DNA from: Klebsormidium nitens
Lineage: Eukaryota > Plantae > Klebsormidiophyceae
DNA length: 51,134 nucleotides
Reading direction: 5' to 3'
NCBI GenBank assembly: GCA_000708835.1
Contig: DF237589.1
Coordinates: 1 to 51,134, forward strand
Made by a program: the position numbers and the translations under genes
The notes under the pieces: model-generated
The model's database searches: none
What the model was told of the DNA's origin: nothing
The model's input: only the letters and a program-made list of their open reading frames with translations
Shown: positions 25,740 to 35,478 of the stretch, piece by piece
Layout of the letters: the number at the start of each line of letters is the position of its first letter
Numbering within the stretch: position 1 is the first letter of the stretch

Positions 25740-28700
25740 ATGGGTGAGGAGCAGCTCGATGAGGCGTTCATGCGGCGCCTTTGGTCGCTCGCGAATTTTG
25801 CAGAAGACCAGATTGGGGCCATCTCAGCGCTTCTTATTAACAGCCCTCAGAATCTCCGGGTCGCTAAAATTATGCCAAATGATGCACAGCTGGGGGGCTT
25901 TTTGCGACAACTCCTGAAGATGCAAGGTGAGCGGGTCTAGTTGCAATCCCGTTTCTTCCTTCTCGCAATCTCCAGGCAGTGACATCTTCAACATAGAATC
26001 CTCCTGCATCCCCTTCTGGTTGCGCGATGAAGACCTAAAAGGAACTTCAGCAAAGTTTTCTTGACTGCTTTTGCGATGTACAGAAGGAAGGTAGGACAGG
26101 CATAGTTGACTCTTTGTAAGAGCAGAGCATTCCACACAAGAGTTGGGCCCCTGCAATAGCAATCATGCATGCCTGCATATGGGCAGAGCGCTGGAGCTCT
26201 TTGGTTTATGGTGGACGCCGTGATCCACACCATTCCCCTTGTGTGTTGGTGCCCGTTCGGAAACTGTCCCATTGCTTACCGGGTTCTTGCACCTGTTGGG
26301 CCAGAACGAGTTGACATGATCCCTGAGCCGGGTGGTCTGCTGAAAAGCTGCCTGGTCGCAGCATCCAAAGCAGCCTCTGCTCAATGTAGGGAAATGCTCA
26401 GGAAGTTGCTTGAAAACCTCTGTTTGTTGCCACTAAATGTGCGATACTAGTAAGCACGCTGGAGGTCATGTCAGGGTGGTCTTATTTGGTTCACCAAGCA
26501 AAGCTCCTTTGCAGGCTTGATCTCCGCCAGCATATTTCAAGGGTTTCTGCAATTGCCAGCTTGGATTCGTACTTGCCTTGATCTGAGAGGTAGTTCAAAT
26601 TGCTGATTGCAATGCAAGGGTGTGAAGAGATCTTTGACAAAGTCGTTGGGTTTCTGTAAGATTGGCGCATCTTAGAGCACGTTACTGCTTTTGGTTGTTG
26701 AGGCTCACATTCTGAACATGCAAGAAAAGTCAGCTGCCTGCGACTCTCGTCTATTTTCTCTCATGAACAATTTTCCCTTGAGATTTTCCACAGGGATCCA
26801 CGGGTGTGCACTGAAAGTATTGGGCCTGGGTCGCTGCTTGGGCTGGACAATGTGTCTGCATCTTCATTGATCAAGCTGTCTTTAAAAGATTGGCTCGAAG
26901 GAGGACCCCGCTAGCGACTCAGGACACGGGTTGCCTGAGGATCTTTCTCTGCCCGCTTTGAGCATGAGTCGTTGAGCCCGATGATTTAACTAGAACGCTT
27001 TGCAAGAGCTGCGAAGAAGATGGAGCGCGTCTCAGTCAGTGCAGAAAGGCAAGAGTTTCTGATTGCTGCAGAGCCGCAGAAGGAGGCTGTACGAGTTGAG
27101 GAATTCCTCCAGCTGAAGGGATCAGTCGCTGACCTGCAACTCAAGTATGACGCATCTACTCGGTCATCAAGGACAGACGCCAGTGTTGGCAAGGTAGGTT
27201 TTCGCATCAGGTCAGGTGCCGGATATTGATTTGGAGTCGCTGAAGAATGTACTCAGCAGATTACATCTTTGCGAATTTGTGAGCTAGTGTGATGCAGCTA
27301 ATCTGGTATGGCTTGGTTGTTGCATCCGAAATCGAGCAACTGTGCAGAAGCTGAGTTCTTCGCTTTTGCTTGCAGTTCTGGCGTGCAAAGGCCGTTAAGA
27401 TCAAGGACTTGCCGTTTCTAGCTGCTGTTGCCGACTCCGAACTGGATCAAGTAGCCAACGCCGTGCTGGAGAGGTTTCCAGAGAAAAAGAAGACGGGCCT
27501 GGAGTATGCCCCCGTCAAGTCCCTCCAGACTGGCGAAGAGGAGGCTGGACTTTCTTCTCCTTCCAGTGAGTCATTAACTGTTGCTGTCATGTCAGAGACG
27601 GAAATCATGAACTTGCTGTGGTTAGTTGCCTGCTTTTCTCATGAAGGTTTGTCATGATCTGCGCCAGGAGGCTGCAGTTTTCCCAGTTGCGGTAGTACAC
27701 GGTCCTCTGAGCGGGTTTGTGATGAATTTTTGTCGTCAGGAGACAGCACTTTTCCCCTTCTTATGACTGAATATGGTCCTCTGAACACTTGGCTCCATTC
27801 TTGTTTTGCCTGAGCCTCAAGTTCTGTCTTGAAAAGGTCTGCTCAGCGTATCTAAAGCCAATGTTTCGCTCTCGACAGACAAGAAAAGAAAAGGGCCCAG
27901 CCCCTCATCCCCGACGCAGCCAAAATTGCCCGGTTACACCCTAGCTGACTGCATTCCAGCCGCAAGACTGCCAAAATTCAAAGAAGACGCCCACATGCAA
28001 CCAGCAGTAATCAAGATGGTTGAGGCAGCCCTGGGAGTGCTGAGGTCAAAGCTCATCCTCAGAGATACACACGACTCCAGCAACCAGTTCATCCACCCAG
28101 TCGGCAGACCGGATCTGAGCCTGCTAGCAGCAGCGCTTATTGCGTGGACGCAGCTTGTCTCAGTAGGCGAATTCAAGCTTGGGGAGGGCACGGATGACAT
28201 CGACAGCATGTTCGGCCAGCTGATCAATCGCACGGCGGCGATTCTCGACAGTCAGCCTGACAGGCAGCGGGTCGTCTCCTTTGGGTTGACAATGAATTCG
28301 ATTGAGGTCGTGCACGTGCATCGGGGTCAAGACAGGACCTGGGTCGTGCAGACGATAGGGCCTTTGCCTTTCAGCATCAGCCGCGAGTCCGCAGGATTCA
28401 AGATCCTGATCAGGCTCTTAGCAACAGAGCTCACCGATCTTGGGTTTCTGCAACCAGAGATTCCGGAGGTGCATCTGAGCAGGGAGCTCTGTAATCTGGA
28501 GCTACTCAGGAGGGGCCAATTGCAGGCTCCACAGGGCACAGCGCCGAACAGGGTGGGGAGTGTTGTCTTTCAAGCCTCAACTGCTGGCCACAACAACTGC
28601 ATCCTGAAGCTCTGCCACTCGGGAAAAGAGGTAAGCATTTTGTGTACCGAGCACATAAAGCCTTGGGTGGCTCTTCAGACCCTATCCTGCTTCGCTTGGA

Positions 28701-31054
28701 GCTGTTTCCAAGATGTTTAGTGTGCCCTCAGCCGCCGTCCTCGTGATGTAGCTTACTTGAAGTTCCCTTCCCTTCCCTTCCTTGCACCATTTCACGCTCT
28801 CCCATTTACCATTTTAGGCCCGCACTTCCATGTCCTGAGAGAGAGCAAAGATTGATTCTGACTTGCTTCCGAGACAGCTTTGACATATCAAGACTGGAGA
28901 TCACCACCAATTTAGGATCGGACTCTCAGTCCTGAAGTCAGTGGTCATCAACATGTCGAGATTTCAAGCTTCGAGTTTTCTGAGTGTCATTGCAAGATTG
29001 TAGAGAACGAACCTGCAACGGGTTGAGATGCGAAGAAGGCATCAACAAACGTCGACCCGTTGCAAGGAAAGGGCACCAGTATGGGATTTATCCACGTGTC
29101 CAAGTAGCACTTCTATTGTAGCTTTTCTACCCTAAACGCTCAAGATGCTCTCCTCTGACTGCAGGGCGACGTCCTCAACTATCTTGGGCAGTGCGAGGAG
29201 GTCTCTAATGTCGTGGAACTTCTCGAGCGTGGCAAGTGCACGTACAATGGTCGCGACTGGGACGCGCTGCTTCTCATTCCTGTCGCCGTCCGACTGACCC
29301 AAGAGCTGCCAGTGCAGGTTCTGGCGCAGGTGCGTGACGGCAACATGCATGAGTCTGACATAGTCCAGACTGTGCCTTGCTACTTGCAGAGTGGAGGTGC
29401 AAAATGACCCGTGAAGCTGCCAAAGGTCTTGATTGTGTGTTGGGCATCTTCTGTGATTTGTGCCGTATCTCTCTGTGCCCTGGAAGTGCTGCCTGCTTTA
29501 GGAGTCCGACATTGGCTTCAATATCTGGACAATCCGTTTTGGGTATTTCTAGAGCTTTTCCGTGGGTGGCAGCAGCTTGGTCTCCGTGGCGCACTTATGC
29601 GCATGACTTTGAGCAGCACTGTTACGGGGAGAAAGCGTGTGACAGATTCGGCCCGCACTCCACTCCAGAAAGCAAGTTGCGCAGGAGTGGCAAGCCCTTG
29701 AGAAATTTTGGCGCTCTGCGCGTCGATCTGATCGAACGTGCTGAAGTGTCTTCGCTTGTTACACCAGGCTATTCGTTTTCTTGTTATACCTGCGCGCAAC
29801 CCTGCACAGCGCCTTTCAGGAGGTGCGGATGGGATGATGTATGGGCACTTTGTCCACCCTGCGTGTCGGTGCTGGCAATTTTGCATTTCGTCCGTGCAGG
29901 AGAGCTTAAGCACTCTCTATGCTGCAGCTTATAGGCACCTGTTGTAATCATGCCTTCTCATTTGGTAGCTGTTGATGATTCTTCAAGCAAACGCTCGTCG
30001 TGCAGGTGACGCTTGACCTAGCTCATGCGATTGACGCGTGTTTGAAGGTTGGAGTAGCGCATCGCGACATTTCGTTGGACAACATCGGCATCATGGACGG
30101 CCGGGGAGTGCTGTACGACTTCTCAGCTGCCAAGGTACGTGTGGTTCCTGATCTGTTGAGTCTTAAGAACATTCCTGCAGGTGCTTCTGCGGATCTGCAC
30201 GTACAATATATTGCAAATCCCAGTGGCTCCTACATTCATCGACATCTCCGTGTGCAAACAACTGTCGCAATCTCATTTTTCAACAACTCTGTTTCCCGTT
30301 GACTGAGGCCAGAACGCGTGGGCAATGCCTTTTCGGGGCGGTGACCAATAAGAGTTATTGTCAGTCCGTTCGGGGAAATTTCGTTACGAGTCGGGCCCAA
30401 GTGGAAAGTTCTCCATCGGGCGGAGATCAACTTCACTACGTGTACATACTGTGTATCATTGTTGGTTGAAGGCCGGGCGACCGTCAAAATCAGGCCGTAA
30501 CCTGTGATTAGTGTAACAACCAAACAATGTGGACGAGATCTCATGCACATCCTTTACAGTCGCTGTCCTAGTTCCGTCGTCCCCTATTCACATCTGTCCT
30601 CTCTGCCTTTTTGCAGTTTATTGACCCAAAGGATCGCGACACAATGGAAGCCGCCAGCCCTTCGGGCAAGTTGGAGGCCATCACTGGAACCAGCCGGTAT
30701 GCGGCCCTCTCGGTCTTGGAAGGGCGAAGTCACACAACGAGCTCGATGTTGGAGAGCCTCTACTTGAGTATCCTTTCGGCCTGCTGTGATGAGAAGTTGA
30801 CGGGTCGCCACGATATGAAGATCGAAGACCTCCAAAAGTGCCAGATAGTTAGGCGAGGAAGCATGCTTGCACTGCGACCCCCGGACTTCTCGAAGGTCCC
30901 GTCCTCTCACTTGGGCTTTGTCAGGGAGATGCACGAGCTGTTCTACCCGTTGCAGTCCGGATCGGCTGCAAGAATGTACAATGTTGCAGTAGCGCTGGAC
31001 AAATTTGAGGAGGTTTGTAAGATGTGGATGCAGCCTCTCACTGCTGCGAACTGA
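25740..31054 (+). CDS. Crinkler/CR-effector-like protein: N-terminal header + PD-(D/E)xK REase-fold domain + FunK1-like protein kinase
   Basis: Phase-consistent exons 25740-25926, 26994-27192, ~27376-27565, 27879-28630, ~29165-29328, ~30006-30134 and ~30617-31054. REase motifs: MQP...DTH...RPDLS...WTQLV..GEFK...GQL...ILDSQPDRQRV. Kinase motifs: ILKL..KE, HRDISLDN, YDFS, TGTSRYAALSVLEG..H....LES. Confidence 0.75.
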
Positions 31055-32904
31055 GAAGGTGGATGAACAAGGAAACCTTGAAGTACTCCTGATCTAAATT
31101 GCCTCCTGCTGATTTTGTTGTGCTTCTTTTATTTCTTTCAAATCAGCACCAAGTAGGGATAATCATCTCTTATAAGGACATGTGCGCAATCGGATGATGC
31201 TATACAGACGGGTTGGATCGAACATGGCCTGAGTCAATACACTTTATGGAACGCACAGTGGTTGACAACCCGCATGCATCAGCCCTTTGCGGATCGCAGC
31301 TCAAAACCGTGCATTTTCATTCAATCGCATGGATACTTTCCCTCCACAAGTGGCGCAACTTCGGGTTGCCTTGCATGGCATATTGCACAAGTCACGGTGG
31401 ACACTCAGCATGATGGTCTCTTTTCGAACGCTTTAAGAAGGCATATTGGAATTCCGTCTTTAAAGGTGAAGGCCTACCTACCTTCGGAATCAGAACATCA
31501 TGCATCCACGTAAGGGAAAACCCGAGGTCCTGTAGTATGTAAACAAAACCGGAGATTCTATAGTATGTGAACGAGATCGCAGTGCTTATTGCACGCATAG
31601 GGCCTATGCTATGGATTGCTACTCCTCCGCCGCACGTGCCTATCTGTCCATGATTGACATTAGCAATACTTGAAATCAGGATCAATACGCAAGTGTCGAT
31701 GATGACAAGGTGTGAACCGGCGCGCAAGTCTTGCTAGCCATCATCGCGATCCTGTATATATACATCCCACTACAAGGACCATGATCTTTCAATAATCTGG
31801 ACGATGATGGCCAGGGCATGGACGTTAGCTTCTTCTGTTTAGGAGCTGGACAAATGCACGAGTGCTGTATGTCGCTAAACCCTCAAACCCCGCACGCAAC
31901 GGTCCAACTGCAGTGCAACACGGCCGGCCGCCGCATCCGCCCCAACCCTGGGGACCCAACCCAGCTCGGTCAGTCTACCGGGCACCTAGGGGTCCCGGGG
32001 CATAGGCTATGTGCCATAAGGCCCAGGACCTGTTGTAAAGACACCATTACCATCCGCACCGTGACCGTTCCCGCCCGGTTCGATACACAGTCTGCATGGC
32101 CGAAGCTGCCACCTCTAGTCTCGAGCTCCCATCATTCTGCAACTTCAGTCGGAAAGCCGAGTAGGATAGCGATAACTCAGCTAGCGACAGGCTGACCTCG
32201 CAAGTTGCATGGGCGGACTTGGAGCTGCAAGCCGTGACCAAGCGCCAACCTAAGTGTTTTCAGGCATCAAGTAAGTGATTGTGCTGGCAGCTCATGCTCT
32301 TCATACTGCGGAACTTGCATGTTCGACTGTCCTATTTACAGCGTTTGCAAAAGTGCCGTAATGGTCCACTGCTGGCATTGCAAAAGGAAAGCATGAGTGG
32401 TGTGCTATTGGGATTTCTGACCCGGCGGATTGCGATAATCCTCTGGGGTTCGTTGCGCGCAACATCAAGGATCATATAGTGTTCGAGATGGTTCGCCAGA
32501 GGTCGGAGATGCCGGCACGGGTGCACCGCGTCAATCAAGGAAGAGGGCGACATGGGTTGTGGGGATTCATGGTTGCGATTGCGGACCGCGCAGTGTCCCC
32601 TGTTGCGGCCTTTAGTACAAGCACCAGCATGCCTCATGTTGATCGTGTCTTCGATGACAAGATTTGCCAGATTGTGATCAAACGGCGATCTTGACTTGTA
32701 ACACGTGACAAGTGGCAGCTCGAGAAGAAGCTGGATATTGAATTCTTTTGTGCGCCGTAATTTAACAATCAAATGGATACAATCTTTGGGTACTGCCCGC
32801 GGTCGCGCTCTGCAATTCTTGAGATGGATCGTTCTGTGCTACAGAGCGCTCGGTGTGCTATCATAAGAAGCTTTCAAGAATTTGGATTGCTTGAAATGGT
32901 TCTT

Positions 32905-33397
32905 NNNNNNNNNNNNNNNNNNNNNNNNNNNNNNNNNNNNNNNNNNNNNNNNNNNNNNNNNNNNNNNNNNNNNNNNNNNNNNNNNNNNNNNNNNNNNNNN
33001 NNNNNNNNNNNNNNNNNNNNNNNNNNNNNNNNNNNNNNNNNNNNNNNNNNNNNNNNNNNNNNNNNNNNNNNNNNNNNNNNNNNNNNNNNNNNNNNNNNNN
33101 NNNNNNNNNNNNNNNNNNNNNNNNNNNNNNNNNNNNNNNNNNNNNNNNNNNNNNNNNNNNNNNNNNNNNNNNNNNNNNNNNNNNNNNNNNNNNNNNNNNN
33201 NNNNNNNNNNNNNNNNNNNNNNNNNNNNNNNNNNNNNNNNNNNNNNNNNNNNNNNNNNNNNNNNNNNNNNNNNNNNNNNNNNNNNNNNNNNNNNNNNNNN
33301 NNNNNNNNNNNNNNNNNNNNNNNNNNNNNNNNNNNNNNNNNNNNNNNNNNNNNNNNNNNNNNNNNNNNNNNNNNNNNNNNNNNNNNNNNNNNNNNNN
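32905..33397. other. Assembly gap; other gaps at 6318-6584, 8258-8797, 24948-25218, 41561-42307, 45725-46145
   Basis: Runs of N. Confidence 1.
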
Positions 33398-33948
33398 GCT
33401 GTGAAAGTGAGTTGGCGAAGCGCCTTGAATCGCGCCACTCAAGCACGACGCCGTGCACAGAAGTTGCCAGTCAGATCGGCACATACAAACGAGCATGATA
33501 CGGAGGCGTCATCTCCCAAGATTCGTGCAACACCAAGAGCAATCTCCCCGTCAGGCTATTCGTGTCGTGCCCCAAGTATCATTTGGGACGACAACGAGCC
33601 GCTTTTGGGGCTCGAGATGCTTGCAAATCCGGAGAAGGCTCGAGTGGCTCACGAAGCCTCTGTAAAAACGTCGCCCAGATAACGGGAATGTGCTAAAAGT
33701 CCTCATTTCTCATTTTTGTACACCTCCAGTCACAGTATCCAGGGCCAGTGTATTTTGCTAGCAAAATGAACCGGCAGCTAGGACCCCAAGTCGGGTTTTG
33801 GAGATTGCTATAACCGTTTTCACTGTTAAAAGCTGCTACCCATCTCAATTTCGTACGATCGATTTTGAACGTGGTCATTCATGGTATCTGGGGTTGAGGA
33901 CGTTTGGATGGTCAAAAAAATCTTAGCAGTATCCAGATAACGTGAAAC

Positions 33949-35004
33949 ATGCAAGGGCCTATTGAAAGCACGAGACATATAACCATCGTAATTCAAGGGG
34001 AAAGGCTACTGCGCTCGGCCTTCGAGGATGGCACTCGAAAGGATTTGACGACTCAACAATATATCAACCATGTCATGCGCTTGTTTCAAGGGTTCAAACA
34101 ACAACAAGACTTTACCAGCTTCGATTGGATTAAGGATGCCGACGGGATTATCAAGTATTTTCAAGAAGCGTATCCCACAAAGCTATCGATGCAGGTCACT
34201 GGAATAAATCCGCTTCTTGTGATAGCTCGCAAAGCATTCCCCGATGACAAACAGCTCTATGATGCTTATTACAAGCGGTATATAGAGGTTCGAAAGCTCA
34301 TGGAAGATGCAAAACCTCCTCCCCAGCAGTTGACAGAGCGGGAAGCGGCCAATTGGAAGACCTTGGACCAGATCAATGAACGCCGAAAGGAGCTGCAAAG
34401 GCAAGTGAATCGCAAGATTCTAAACAAGAATCCAAAAGATTTGTCCGATGAGGACAAAATTGTGCTTTTTCGCCACCTCATCCTGTGCCTTTATAGCTAT
34501 CAAGCTGCAATTCGCAATGATTACAGCGATTGCCCCATCGTGCGCTTGAAGGACACCAAAACGGCCGAGGCACGTGACATCATGTCCGGTTCCGGGAACT
34601 ATCTCTTGGAGATTGCACAAGACCACTTTCGATTGGTTTTGAACAATTATAAGTCTGTCAAGCACCACGGACCCACTTCGATAGACATGTCAACCCGATG
34701 CAACAATGTCATTGCCGAAAGCCTTCAAGTCTTTCCCCGAAAGTTTCTTTTGTCTCAAATTAAGTCGCCTGACAAGCCAATGAGTCGAAACTATTTGACC
34801 AAGTTTTGCAGCACGGGCCTTTTCAAGGACGCGAGTGTGGGTTCATGTCTCCTTCGCAAAATATGTATAAGCAACCTCTTCAAAGATGCTCCAAGCATTG
34901 CCGAGCGCGAAGACCTTGCGCGGAGCATGTTGCATACGGCAGCTATGGCACAGCGGACATATGAGAAGAAATTTAACCCGGATGGAACTCGGATCAAGTT
35001 TTGA
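33949..35004 (+). CDS. Tyrosine recombinase/integrase, virophage/Polinton-like-virus type (351 aa)
   Basis: Catalytic pattern R189 (LYSYQAAIRNDY), K235 (LNNYKSVKHHG), R303 (LLRKICIS), H329 (ARSMLHT) and Y338 (QRTYEK), preceded by a helical N-terminal region. Confidence 0.85.
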   Translation: MQGPIESTRHITIVIQGERLLRSAFEDGTRKDLTTQQYINHVMRLFQGFKQQQDFTSFDWIKDADGIIKYFQEAYPTKLSMQVTGINPLLVIARKAFPDDKQLYDAYYKRYIEVRKLMEDAKPPPQQLTEREAANWKTLDQINERRKELQRQVNRKILNKNPKDLSDEDKIVLFRHLILCLYSYQAAIRNDYSDCPIVRLKDTKTAEARDIMSGSGNYLLEIAQDHFRLVLNNYKSVKHHGPTSIDMSTRCNNVIAESLQVFPRKFLLSQIKSPDKPMSRNYLTKFCSTGLFKDASVGSCLLRKICISNLFKDAPSIAEREDLARSMLHTAAMAQRTYEKKFNPDGTRIKF

Positions 35005-35036
35005 ACGGTTTGCAATTTGCCACTTGGGAGCTGCTT

Positions 35037-35387
35037 TCAAGACACTTGGATGCCTGTGAATGCGCCTAGATGTAGCGAGGGCACTTCAATTCCATCTGAC
35101 GTTTCTGAAGACCCAATTCGATTATCATCGTTCTGCCATGCATTATACGGAAGCTTCACCGGAAAGCCGGCATCAAGAAGGCGCTTTAGAGTCCTTCGTT
35201 GACACGTATGCCCATTCTGGTAGCGCGCGAAGGCTTGGGCCAAAAGGATCGCGCCCCTATGTCTTTGGTAGTATCTCTTCGTGTAAGTCTTTCGAGCATT
35301 CGGATGCTTTTCGTAGAATTGCTTGATACTTTTGCATACTTTGCAAGGGCAACAATCGTTCAAAGCGCTTTCTTTATGCGACTCCAT
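35037..35387 (-). CDS. Small basic protein (116 aa) with CCxCxxC and a basic helix
   Basis: MESHKESALNDCCPCKVCKSIKQFYEKHPNARKTYTKRYYQRHRGAILL... It fills the gap between YR (convergent) and Prim-Pol (divergent) almost exactly. Confidence 0.6.
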   Translation of the reverse strand: MESHKESALNDCCPCKVCKSIKQFYEKHPNARKTYTKRYYQRHRGAILLAQAFARYQNGHTCQRRTLKRLLDAGFPVKLPYNAWQNDDNRIGSSETSDGIEVPSLHLGAFTGIQVS

Positions 35388-35478
35388 GCTGAGTACTAAT
35401 ATCAAGGTAAGAAAATTTGCTTGACCCAATAGCCGAACGCACATGCGTTTGAACGGCCTCATTTAAAATCTTGTCAGA

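Noticed and set aside
32098-33880. Stop-interrupted frames flanking the gap left of the recombinase
   Set aside because: No family was recognised, so they cannot be assigned to the YR element or to a host pseudogene.
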